Below the pieces are notes generated by a model, which made no database searches, was not told the origin of the DNA, and was given only the letters and a program-made list of their open reading frames with translations. 64,000 nucleotides of DNA from Thermoanaerobaculia bacterium (lineage in GTDB: Bacteria; Acidobacteriota; Thermoanaerobaculia; UBA5066). This document shows positions 18,689-27,415 of the stretch, piece after piece. The stretch lies in NCBI GenBank assembly GCA_963719225.1, contig CAVRAY010000001.1, positions 3,008,001-3,072,000 on the forward strand. The letters are read 5' to 3'. The position numbers and the translations under genes were made by a program. Every line of letters begins with the position of its first letter. Position 1 is the first letter of the stretch.

Positions 18689-20356
18689 TCAGCGTGACGC
18701 GGCCCTGAAAGGCCATGGAGTCGGCGGGAGAACCAGTTCGCGTTCGCGGCGGGCGAGGAGCCGCGGCTGCGGGGATCCCGTCCGCGCGATCTCCTCTTCG
18801 AGCGTGCCTCGCTGCTCGAAGTAGACGTCGGCGATGTACGCGCGCTGGAGGAGGAGAGAAGGAGAAGGAGAGAGAGAAGGAGAAAAAAAAGAAATCTGCT
18901 TAGAAAGGAGGAATCCGAGGGCCGCGTAGACCGCCGCGCCACAGAAAAATGCAAGCGCCACGCCCCCCCTTCCGCTCCCGTTCCTGTTCTCTTCCCTCTT
19001 CCCTTCTACGAAAATCTTCTCTTCTCTCTTCCCCACTAAGAAAAAATAAGCAGCGACACACACGATCGCCGGCAGAACGAAGCGCGCCGCGCCGGGCGCG
19101 ACGAGATGCAACGTATTCGGCGCGGTCAATCCCCTTTCGAAGAAGAACGCCGCGAAAGAGCCCCAGGGCAGCGCGAAACCGGGCGGAACGAACGGAAACG
19201 CGAACGTCGTCGCGCAGATGGCGAGCGTCGAGGCTCCGACCAGAGCACTCTCGAGAAGTCCTCCCTTTCCGAACGCGAACGGAAAGACGAGGAAGGGCAG
19301 CGCCGCGACGAGATAACGCGGCCCGACGGAGAAACCTCCGTGCCAGTTCGGGTAGCCCGCGTAGAGAAGGAGAAGCGAGAGGGGGACGAGCCCGAGCGCG
19401 AGACGACCCGCGGAAGACACGTTGCGGCGCGACGAAAGAACCACTCCCGGCCACAAAAGGAGAAACGGCGAGAAGACGAGGAGGCCCTTAGACGGATCCG
19501 CGAGGAGTCGAAGCAGGATTTCCGGGGACGGCAGAGAAATGCCGAAGAGGCCGGCAGACGCGAGCGACCGGAAGCCGGCCGCGCGCTCGTGAGCGGAGGA
19601 CAGCTCGAAGACCCCTCCGAAGCAGGCGAGGTCGTACGCGCCGAGAAGGGCGACAAAAGGGGCGCCTCCCGCGGCGAGGGCGAGAGCGCGCCGGGGAGCG
19701 GGAAGGACAGCGCAGAGGACGAGCACTCCCGCCGGCACCGCCGCGGGGTACTCCGAGATCACGGCAAGTCCAAGGAGCGCGCCGGCGGCGAGATCGCAAC
19801 GGAACGAGAGGCGGGGATCTCCGGGAGAAAAAAGCGCGACCCATGCGCCGAAGAGGCACGCCGCTACGAGGGCGTGGGAAAAAAGGAGCAACCCGTACGT
19901 GAAGAGGGGTGTCGCGAAAAGAAGGGCGAACGCCGTGTCTGCTGCGCGCGTGGGGGCGGCTCCGAAACGCAGGGCAACCGGGTAGAGGACGAGGGCGAGA
20001 AACACCGCGGGCAGCGTGGCGCCGAAAAGCCGCATCGCCCACAACACAGGGCGCATCGAGGAAGGCGAAGGCGCGCCCGCGAACACCCGCGCGAGAAGGT
20101 AGCCCGGCAGCGCCATGAGCGTCGCGCCGGGCGCCTTGTTCGAGTAGACGCGCCCGTCCTTCTCCGAGACGTCCTCGAATGCCGGCCCGAGGAGCGGAAG
20201 CACGGAGGAAATCTCCGGCGTGCCACGCTCGACGAGCGACGCGGCGAGCGCCCAGCGCGTGAATTCGTTCGGCGAGAGAAAGTGCGGGTAAACAGGCACG
20301 GCGAGCACCGCCAGAAGGGCGTAAAGCCCCACGACGGCTCCGAACCTCGACCGCAT
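18689..20356 (-). CDS. Polytopic membrane protein, GT-C-like glycosyltransferase (putative)
   Basis: More than 10 TM segments; SPNE..R, YSNKAPG, WHGG...GPRYL motifs reminiscent of GT-C-fold proteins. Confidence 0.6.
   Translation of the reverse strand: MRSRFGAVVGLYALLAVLAVPVYPHFLSPNEFTRWALAASLVERGTPEISSVLPLLGPAFEDVSEKDGRVYSNKAPGATLMALPGYLLARVFAGAPSPSSMRPVLWAMRLFGATLPAVFLALVLYPVALRFGAAPTRAADTAFALLFATPLFTYGLLLFSHALVAACLFGAWVALFSPGDPRLSFRCDLAAGALLGLAVISEYPAAVPAGVLVLCAVLPAPRRALALAAGGAPFVALLGAYDLACFGGVFELSSAHERAAGFRSLASAGLFGISLPSPEILLRLLADPSKGLLVFSPFLLLWPGVVLSSRRNVSSAGRLALGLVPLSLLLLYAGYPNWHGGFSVGPRYLVAALPFLVFPFAFGKGGLLESALVGASTLAICATTFAFPFVPPGFALPWGSFAAFFFERGLTAPNTLHLVAPGAARFVLPAIVCVAAYFFLVGKREEKIFVEGKREENRNGSGRGGVALAFFCGAAVYAALGFLLSKQISFFSPSLSPSPSLLLQRAYIADVYFEQRGTLEEEIARTGSPQPRLLARRERELVLPPTPWPFRAASR
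18850..19046. repeat. Dispersed element, inverted pair with about 45-nt purine tract and duplicated reverse arm
   Basis: Cores 18897-18905, 19004-19012, 19034-19042. Confidence 0.8.
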
Positions 20357-20395
20357 CGCGTCAGTCTCGCACAGCGCCCGTGCAAAATGCGCCGG

Positions 20396-21550
20396 ATGGA
20401 CGTCGCGGATTTCGACTTCGTGCTGCCGCACGGATCGATCGCGCAGCGGCCCGCACCGCGCGGAGCCGCCCGCCTCATGACGCTCGACCGAAAGACGGGA
20501 GCGTTCGCCCACCGCTTCGTCGCGGACCTCCCGTCCCTCCTCGGCCCGGGCGACATCCTCGTCCTTAACGACACGAAAGTCATTCCGGCGCGAATTTTCG
20601 GCACGGACGAGAGAGGGAGAAGGACGGAATTTCTGCTGGTTTCGAAGATCGAACAGGAACCGGGGAGTTCGGATTTTTCTTTGAAAGGGGAAGAAGATGA
20701 AGACGAGCTTTGGCGCTGCCTCGCGAAACCGGGGAGGCGGGTGAAGGCCGGGAGGAGGTTTTTCTTTGAAGGTGGATGGGCGGCCGAGGCGCTCGCGAGT
20801 GGCGCGACGGCGCAGCCCGAGCCCCATCCACCTTCTAAGAAAAGCGCCCTTACCCGTCGCACCGAAGCCGGCCTTTACGCCCTCCGCTTCACGAAGAGCG
20901 GGAGCAAAAAGTCTTCTCTTCTCGATGATCTTGACGTTCTCGGGTCCGCGCCGCTCCCCCCGTACATCCACCGACCACTCGGCGTCGCGGACGCGCGGGA
21001 TGCGATCGACTACCAGACGGTGTTCGGGGACCGGCCCGGCGCGATCGCGGCGCCGACCGCGGGCCTCCATTTCACTCGCGAGCTTCTCGCGGCCGTCGCC
21101 GCGCGGGGCGTCGAGGTCGTGCGCGTGACGCTGCACGTCGGCCTCGGCACGTTCAAGCCCGTGAAAGTTGATTACGTCGAGGAGCACCTCATGGAATTCG
21201 AGCGGGCGGAAGTTCCCGCGGCGACCGCCGAACGCGTCAACCAGGCGAAACGCGAGGGGCGGCGCATCGTCGCCGTCGGAACGACGTCCGTGCGCACGCT
21301 CGAAGCGTCTGCTCGTGCGCACGCGGGCCTCGTCGCAGCCGGCGCGTTCGAGACGGACCTCTTTCTCGTGCCGGGCGCGACGTTTAACGTCGTCGACGCG
21401 CTGCTGACGAACTTCCACCTGCCCCGCTCGACGCTGCTCATGCTCGTCTCGGCCTTCGCCGGGCGCGAGCACGTCCTCGCCGCATACGGCGAAGCCGTCC
21501 GCGAGGGCTATCGTTTCTTCAGCTACGGCGACGCGATGTTCATTTCGTGA
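20396..21550 (+). CDS. queA: S-adenosylmethionine:tRNA ribosyltransferase-isomerase
   Basis: DFDF.LP, NDTKVIPAR, PLPPYI, AAPTAGLHF, LHVGLGTF, GTTSVR, TNFHLP, FFSYGDAM. Confidence 0.97.
   Translation: MDVADFDFVLPHGSIAQRPAPRGAARLMTLDRKTGAFAHRFVADLPSLLGPGDILVLNDTKVIPARIFGTDERGRRTEFLLVSKIEQEPGSSDFSLKGEEDEDELWRCLAKPGRRVKAGRRFFFEGGWAAEALASGATAQPEPHPPSKKSALTRRTEAGLYALRFTKSGSKKSSLLDDLDVLGSAPLPPYIHRPLGVADARDAIDYQTVFGDRPGAIAAPTAGLHFTRELLAAVAARGVEVVRVTLHVGLGTFKPVKVDYVEEHLMEFERAEVPAATAERVNQAKREGRRIVAVGTTSVRTLEASARAHAGLVAAGAFETDLFLVPGATFNVVDALLTNFHLPRSTLLMLVSAFAGREHVLAAYGEAVREGYRFFSYGDAMFIS
20671..20843. repeat. Dispersed element copies inside queA, including a 21-bp inverted repeat
   Basis: Cores 20677, 20762, 20833; 20760-20780 and 20823-20843 are 20/21 complementary. 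Confidence 0.85.
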
Positions 21551-21572
21551 CGGCCGGCCCGCGTTCCGGGTT

Positions 21573-22589
21573 TTACGACTTTCCGTTCACCTCGGCGACC
21601 GCCACCTTGTTCAGCCCGCTGCACGCCAGGTAGAGCCGGCCGTCGGGCGTCGCGACCATGTTGCGCACGACGCCTCCGCCCGAAGGAATAGGCCAGCGCC
21701 GCGTCGCTCCGGTCTTCGGCTCGAGGACGACGAGCGTGTTCGGTTCGACTCCGGACTCGCTGTACCAAACTCTGCCGTCCCGAGTCGACGCGATGCCGTA
21801 CGGCTGCGAACCGGGACCGCCGGGTGATGCCCACTCTTCCACTTTCGCGGTCCGGGGGTCGAGCCGACCGACGAATCCACGCGCAAAGTCGCTGTAGTAA
21901 ATGAGGCCGTCCGGGTTGTTCGTCAGGCGGCGCGGGCGGGCGCCGGAGGGCAGCGGGAACTCCCGGATGTCGAGCGTTTTCGGATCGATCCTCCCGATCT
22001 TGTTGCTTCCGAACTCGCAGAAGTAGGCGGCCCCGTCCGGCCCGACGATGATTCCGTACGGCAGCGCGCCGGCCGTTGGAACCTCTTTCAACGCGACCTT
22101 GCCCAGAACGGGATCCAGCCTACCGACGAAGTTGCTTTGCTGCGCCGTGAAGTAAATGAGCCCGGCGCGATTGAACGCGAGGCTGTGGGGGTCGCGGGCG
22201 CGCCCCTCGGGCATCTTGTACTCGGTCACGTCGCCGGTCCTGGGATCGAGCTTCCCGATGTACCCCTTGTAGTTCGCCGTGAACCAGATGTTGCCGTCCT
22301 TGTCGGCGGCCAGGCCGTGCGGCCCGGATTCGGGCGTTTTCAGCGTGAACTCCTTGATGGCGCCGGTTTTGGGATCGAGGCGACCGAGCTTGTTCGCGAG
22401 CTGCTCCGTGACCCAGAGCGAGCCGTCCGGAGCGGCCTCCGGGTCGTGCGGCCGCGCGTTCGGCGTCGGGACGTCCCATTCCCGGATGGAGACCTTCAGG
22501 TCGTCCGCCGAGAGTCCGGTCAGACCGAGGGTGAGAGCAACGAGGAGGAGAGCCAGAAGCGCCGGAAGGAACCGAGCGACCTTTTTCAT
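21573..22589 (-). CDS. Exported Vgb-family beta-propeller (virginiamycin B lyase-like)
   Basis: Signal peptide; repeated P.G..W.....N.IG.LDP.TG...E blades. Confidence 0.8.
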   Translation of the reverse strand: MKKVARFLPALLALLLVALTLGLTGLSADDLKVSIREWDVPTPNARPHDPEAAPDGSLWVTEQLANKLGRLDPKTGAIKEFTLKTPESGPHGLAADKDGNIWFTANYKGYIGKLDPRTGDVTEYKMPEGRARDPHSLAFNRAGLIYFTAQQSNFVGRLDPVLGKVALKEVPTAGALPYGIIVGPDGAAYFCEFGSNKIGRIDPKTLDIREFPLPSGARPRRLTNNPDGLIYYSDFARGFVGRLDPRTAKVEEWASPGGPGSQPYGIASTRDGRVWYSESGVEPNTLVVLEPKTGATRRWPIPSGGGVVRNMVATPDGRLYLACSGLNKVAVAEVNGKS

Positions 22590-22731
22590 CGTGGAGATCC
22601 CCTCGACGCCGAAGCACGTTCCGGGCCGACCGCTCACGCCCCGACTCCCGGCCGATGGCGCGACGGTTGCAGCCCGAGGGACGGCGGGAAGGGCTCGTCC
22701 AGAACTTGCACGCTTCATTCGGAGGTCGACG

Positions 22732-23121
22732 ATGACGATCCTCGGAAAGCACGCCGAACGCGTTTACGCTCTCATGCGCTTCATCGCGGGTGTCCTGTTC
22801 GCGTGTCACGGCGCGCAGAAGCTCTTCGGCTCTCTCGGGGGGCAGAAGGTGATCGGCAACACGCTGATGACGCTCGCGGGGGTGATCGAGCTCGTCGGCG
22901 GCGGGTTGATCGCGCTCGGCCTGTTCGCCGCCCCGGCCGCGTTCGTCGCCAGCGGGGAGATGGCGGTCGGGTACTTCAAGCAGCATGCCCCGAACTCGTT
23001 CTGGCCGATCCAGAACAAGGGCGAGCTCGCCGTGCTCTTTTGCTTCGTGTTCCTCTACATCTCCGCCCACGGCTCGGGGGCGCTCAGCCTGGATGCGACC
23101 GTCGGGCGACGGCGGGCTTGA
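22732..23121 (+). CDS. DoxX family membrane protein
   Basis: GGAGG RBS; HGAQKLFG, GVIELVGG, SGEMAV, NKGELA, G..SLD. Confidence 0.88.
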   Translation: MTILGKHAERVYALMRFIAGVLFACHGAQKLFGSLGGQKVIGNTLMTLAGVIELVGGGLIALGLFAAPAAFVASGEMAVGYFKQHAPNSFWPIQNKGELAVLFCFVFLYISAHGSGALSLDATVGRRRA

Positions 23122-23135
23122 CCGCCCGCGACAAT

Positions 23136-23165
23136 GGCGGCGCGGGCCCGAGGGCCGGCGCCGCC
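23136..23165. terminator. GC-rich hairpin between convergent doxX-like gene and glnA
   Basis: GGCGGCGC-g-GGCC cgag GGCC-g-GCGCCGCC inverted repeat; no clear U-tract. Confidence 0.45.
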
Positions 23166-23183
23166 TTCCGGGGCGAATGCCAG

Positions 23184-24524
23184 TCAATACGACTGGAGGT
23201 AGCGTTCCACCTCCCAGGGGTGAACGCACGCGATGTACGTCTGCCACTCGGAGCGCTTGGCCTCGATGAATTTTTCGACGACGTGCTCGCCGAGCGCGTT
23301 CTTGAGGAGGTCGTCCTTCTCGAGACAGTCGAGCGCCTCGGAGAGGTTTCCGGGGAGAACGTCGATCTTCAGTCGCTTCTTCTCGCGCGCCGACATCTCG
23401 AAGACGTTCTGGTTCACGGGTTCACCCGCGTCGAGCTTGTTCTTGATCCCGTCGAGGCCCGCCGCGAGCATGACGGTGAACGCGAGGTACGGATTGCACG
23501 ACGGGTCCGGCATCCGAACTTCGCAACGCGTCCCCATGCCGCGCCGCGCCGGGATGCGCACCATCGGCGAGCGATTGCGCTCGGACCACGCGACGTTCAC
23601 GGGCGCTTCGTAGCCGGGCACGAGCCGTTTGTACGAATTCACGAGCGGGTTCGTGACCGCGGCGATCGCGCGCGCGTGCTTCAAGACGCCGCCGATGTAG
23701 TTCATCGCGAGGCTGGAGAGCTGGTACTTCGCCTTCGCATCGAAGAACGCGTTCTTCATGGACGCGCCGGACCCCGTGATGAGCGACTGGTGCACGTGCA
23801 TGCCGGAACCGTTCACGCCGAAAATCGGCTTCGGCATGAACGTCGCGTGGAGGCCGTGGTCGAGCGCGACCTTCTTCACGATGAGCTTGAACGTCGTGAC
23901 CTGGTCCGCCGTCGTGACCGCGTCGCCGTACTTGAAATCGATTTCGTGCTGGCCGGGAGCGACTTCGTGATGCGCCGCTTCGACCTCGAAGCCCATCGCC
24001 TCGAGCGCGACGACGATGTCGCGCCGCGCTTCCTCGCCGCGGTCCACGGGCGTGAGGTCGAAGTAGCCGCCCTGGTCGTGCGTGTCGACGATCGGGTCGC
24101 CGTTCGCGTCGCGGCGGAAGAGGAAGAACTCCGCCTCGGGTCCGGTCATGAGCGTGTAGCCGAGAGCCTTCGCCTTGTCCATCTGACGCTTCAGCGTCTG
24201 GCGCGGGCAGCCGGCGAACGCTTTGCCGTCCGGCTCGATGATGTCGCAGACGAGGCGGGCGACTTTTCCGTTCGGGTGCGACCACGGGAAGACGCGGAAC
24301 GTGTCGAGGTCGGGCACGAGGCCCATGTCGGATTCCTCGATCCGCGTGAAGCCCTCGATGGAAGAGCCGTCGAACTGGATCTCGCCGTCGAGCGCTTTCT
24401 CGAACTGCGAACGGGGGACCTCGACATTCTTGATGATGCCGAGGATGTCCGTGAATTGGAGACGCAGGAACCGGACGCCTTGCTTGTCGCACTCCTTGAG
24501 GATCTCCGCCGCCTTCATGCCCAT
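23184..24524 (-). CDS. glnA: Glutamine synthetase type I
   Basis: FDGSSIEGF, HHEVAPGQHEI, FMPKP..GVNGSGMH, NSYKRLVPGYEAP. Confidence 0.97.
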   Translation of the reverse strand: MGMKAAEILKECDKQGVRFLRLQFTDILGIIKNVEVPRSQFEKALDGEIQFDGSSIEGFTRIEESDMGLVPDLDTFRVFPWSHPNGKVARLVCDIIEPDGKAFAGCPRQTLKRQMDKAKALGYTLMTGPEAEFFLFRRDANGDPIVDTHDQGGYFDLTPVDRGEEARRDIVVALEAMGFEVEAAHHEVAPGQHEIDFKYGDAVTTADQVTTFKLIVKKVALDHGLHATFMPKPIFGVNGSGMHVHQSLITGSGASMKNAFFDAKAKYQLSSLAMNYIGGVLKHARAIAAVTNPLVNSYKRLVPGYEAPVNVAWSERNRSPMVRIPARRGMGTRCEVRMPDPSCNPYLAFTVMLAAGLDGIKNKLDAGEPVNQNVFEMSAREKKRLKIDVLPGNLSEALDCLEKDDLLKNALGEHVVEKFIEAKRSEWQTYIACVHPWEVERYLQSY

Positions 24525-24595
24525 TCTTTCCCTTTCTTCCCTTCAGAAATTGCTCGTGCGGCTGGGATTCTGGGGTAAGGCAGCGAAGTTTTCCA

Positions 24596-24629
24596 TGAAT
24601 ATTCAGCAAAATGCACATGGAACTGTGCA
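24596..24629. promoter_or_regulatory. Two palindromes in the AT-rich glnA upstream region
   Basis: TGAATATTCA at 24596-24605 and TGCACA-N6-TGTGCA at 24612-24629. Confidence 0.4.
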
Positions 24630-24706
24630 GAAATCGTATTAACGATAAAACAGTCCTGTTTTCGGGCGCCTTTTCTCGCGAAGCCGCGAGATGCGAGGAT
24701 CGCATC

Positions 24707-25339
24707 ATGACGATCCCTTCGCGCGAGGCCGCCTGGGCGCTCCTGACGGAATTCACGCACTCGCAGCCGCTCAGACGCCATGCGCTCGCAGTGGAAGCGA
24801 CGATGCGCCACCTCGCGCGCGTTTCGGGCGTGACGGACGCGGCGGAGATTGAAACGTGGGGCCTCGTCGGGATGCTCCACGACTTCGATTACGAGAAGTA
24901 TCCGACGCAACAGGACCACGTGTGGCGCGGCATGGAGATCCTGAAGGAGCGCGGATGGCCGGAGGAGGTCATCCGCGCGATCGGCGGACATGCTTTCTAC
25001 ACGAACATCGAGCGAAAGACGCGAATGGAGAAAGCGATCCTCGCGGCAGACGAGCTGACGGGCTTCGCGGGGGCGTGCGCGCTCATTCGACCGACGAAGA
25101 AAATCGCGGACGTCCCCGTCGAATCCGTCGTCAAGCGGCTCAAGGAGAAATCCTTCGCGCGTTCCGTCGACCGGACGTACGTGACGCGCGGCGCGGAAGA
25201 ATGGGGCGTTCCCGTTCCCGAGCTCGTCGCGCTCGTTCTCGCCTCTCAAGTCCCGATCGCGGACCGAATCGGCCTCGGCGGCGCGCCCGCCGCCGACCTG
25301 CTGGATTCGCCCGTCCCGCCCGAACCTCCAGCTCCCTGA
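24707..25339 (+). CDS. HD/HDIG-domain hydrolase
   Basis: RHALAVEA.M, GMLHDFDYE, ADELTG, KRLKEKSFA. Confidence 0.85.
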   Translation: MTIPSREAAWALLTEFTHSQPLRRHALAVEATMRHLARVSGVTDAAEIETWGLVGMLHDFDYEKYPTQQDHVWRGMEILKERGWPEEVIRAIGGHAFYTNIERKTRMEKAILAADELTGFAGACALIRPTKKIADVPVESVVKRLKEKSFARSVDRTYVTRGAEEWGVPVPELVALVLASQVPIADRIGLGGAPAADLLDSPVPPEPPAP

Positions 25340-25399
25340 CCCGGACAGCCATGTCCGAAAACGGCTAGTTTTTCGCCCGCGGGGGAGTAGATTCCCGGC

Positions 25400-26887
25400 G
25401 TGGACATCGAGAACGCCGCCCGCACCAAGGCGATCCTGAGCCGCGACACCCGCTTTTCGGGCCGATTCTTCGTCGGCGTCGTGACGACGCGCGTCTATTG
25501 CCGGCCCGGCTGCCCCGCGCCTCTTCCGAAACCGAAGAACATGCGCTTTTACACGTATGCCGCGGCCGCCGAAGACGCCGGGTTCCGCCCGTGCCGGCGG
25601 TGCCGGCCGGAAACCGCCCCGGGCTCGCCCGTATGGGACGGGACGTCCGCGACCGTTTCGCGCGCATTGAAGAGGATCTTCGACGGCGACGGCCATGAGT
25701 CCGTTGAAGCGCTGTCCGAACGTCTCGGGCTCGGCTCCCGGCACCTCAGGCGCCTTTTTGCGGAGCACGTCGGCGCATCGCCGGCGTCGCTCCAGCGCAC
25801 GCATCGTGTCCATTTCGCACGCCGGCTACTGGACGAGACGTCGCTCCCCGTCTCGGAAGTTGCGTTCGCGGCCGGCTTCGAGAGCGTCCGGCGTTTCAAC
25901 GACGCGATCCGCGCAACGTTCCATCGGGCCCCTCGAGAGCTGCGAAGAGCTTCGAAGGGAAAAGAGCGAGCGCCAGCGACGGGAATGCCGGAGAAGACGC
26001 TGACTCTCAAGCTGCCGGTCCGGCCGCCGTTCGATGCGACCGCCCTTTTCTCCTTTCTCAGAGATCGTGCTCTTCCGGGCATCGAAGCGGTTCGCGGTCA
26101 CGCTTATTCTCGAACGATCGAAAGCCGCGGACGAGCGGGAATCGTGACGGTCTCACACGAAGCCGGACGGGAATTCCTGAGTCTTTCGCTGAATTTCTCG
26201 CCGGGCCCCGATCTCCTCGACTTCGTGCGCCGCACAGGACGTATCTTCGACGTCGACGCGGACCCGCTCGCGATCGGGACCGTGCTGAGCCGCGATCCGC
26301 TCCTCGCGCCGCTCGTCGCGGCCCGGCCGGGACTTCGCGTGCCCGGCGCCTGGGACCCGTTCGAGATCGCCGTCCGCGCGATTCTCGGCCAGCAGGTGTC
26401 CGTGCGCGGTGCGCGGACGCTCGCGGGACGGCTCGTCGCGGCGTTCGGACGGCCGCTCGAGGACGGAAGCGTGGAAGGCCTGACGCACGTCTTCCCGGGG
26501 CCGGCCGCTCTCGCCGTCTCGGACCTCTCCAAGATCGGCGTTCCCCGCGCGCGCGCGAACGCGATCCGGGCGCTCGCTTCCGCCGTTCACACGAAGAAGG
26601 TCGAGCTCGCCGCGACACGCGGCCTCGACGATCTCGAGCAGCGCCTCTGCGCGCTTCCGGGCATCGGGCCGTGGACGGCTCAATACGTGGCGCTCCGCGC
26701 GTTCGGCGAGCCGGACGCGTTCCCTGCGGGGGATCTCGGGCTCCGCCGGGCGCTCGAGACGGCGGGTGTTTCGGCGGATGCCACGGCGCTTCGCGCGCGT
26801 GCGGCGTCCTGGAGCCCGTTCCGCGCGTACGCGACGTTGCATCTCTGGAATTCACTTCCCTCCCGGGAGAAAAGGAGATCGGAATGA
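25400..26887 (+). CDS. alkA: Ada Zn-binding/AraC-HTH + AlkA DNA-3-methyladenine glycosylase fusion
   Basis: YCRPGC and FRPCRRC Zn site, AraC HTH, AILGQQVS, HhH LPGIGPWTA, FPAGD. Confidence 0.92.
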   Translation: MDIENAARTKAILSRDTRFSGRFFVGVVTTRVYCRPGCPAPLPKPKNMRFYTYAAAAEDAGFRPCRRCRPETAPGSPVWDGTSATVSRALKRIFDGDGHESVEALSERLGLGSRHLRRLFAEHVGASPASLQRTHRVHFARRLLDETSLPVSEVAFAAGFESVRRFNDAIRATFHRAPRELRRASKGKERAPATGMPEKTLTLKLPVRPPFDATALFSFLRDRALPGIEAVRGHAYSRTIESRGRAGIVTVSHEAGREFLSLSLNFSPGPDLLDFVRRTGRIFDVDADPLAIGTVLSRDPLLAPLVAARPGLRVPGAWDPFEIAVRAILGQQVSVRGARTLAGRLVAAFGRPLEDGSVEGLTHVFPGPAALAVSDLSKIGVPRARANAIRALASAVHTKKVELAATRGLDDLEQRLCALPGIGPWTAQYVALRAFGEPDAFPAGDLGLRRALETAGVSADATALRARAASWSPFRAYATLHLWNSLPSREKRRSE

Positions 26888-27396
26888 ACCCCGTTCGGCT
26901 GAGAAAAACGGAAATCGAGACGCCCGCCGGCACGCTCGTCCTCGTGAGCCGGGGCCCGGCCCTCGTCGGACTCGTCTACAAAGATCGCTGGAAAGGGATG
27001 GAAGCGGACCTCCGAAGGAGATTCGGAGAGATCTTCTTAGAAAGGGAAGAGGGAAGCGGAGCCTCGGCGCGCGCCTTGCGCGACTATTTGGAAGGCGATC
27101 TCGGCGCTTTGGATTCGGTCGCCGTCGACACGGCTGGAACACCCTTTCAGGAAGGCGTTTGGAAGGCGCTTCGCCGCATTCCGGTCGGCGCGACGTGGTC
27201 GTACGCCCGCCTCGCGAAGGAGATCGGCCGCCCGTCCGCCGTCCGCGCCGTCGCCGCCGCGAACGGCGCGAACCCGGTTTCGATCGTGATCCCGTGCCAC
27301 CGCGTCATCGCGTCGGACGGAAAGCTCGCCGGCTACGGCGGCGGGATCTCTCGAAAGCGCTGGCTGCTCGCGCACGAAGGGGCCATCCTCGCCTAA
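26884..27396 (+). CDS. ogt: Methylated-DNA-protein-cysteine methyltransferase
   Basis: ATGA overlap; GTPFQ..VW, AVRAVA, IPCHRV active site. Confidence 0.93.
   Translation: MNPVRLRKTEIETPAGTLVLVSRGPALVGLVYKDRWKGMEADLRRRFGEIFLEREEGSGASARALRDYLEGDLGALDSVAVDTAGTPFQEGVWKALRRIPVGATWSYARLAKEIGRPSAVRAVAAANGANPVSIVIPCHRVIASDGKLAGYGGGISRKRWLLAHEGAILA
27026..27056 (+). repeat. Dispersed element, single copy inside ogt
   Basis: GAGAGATCTTCTTAGAAAGGGAAGAGGGAAG, core 27034-27042. Confidence 0.75.
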
Positions 27397-27415
27397 GGAG
27401 GCAGATAATCCGCCG

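Noticed and set aside
21573-22589. Vgb-like gene as a streptogramin resistance determinant
   Set aside because: Signal-peptide-bearing Vgb-like propellers are common and usually of unknown function; no resistance or mobile context
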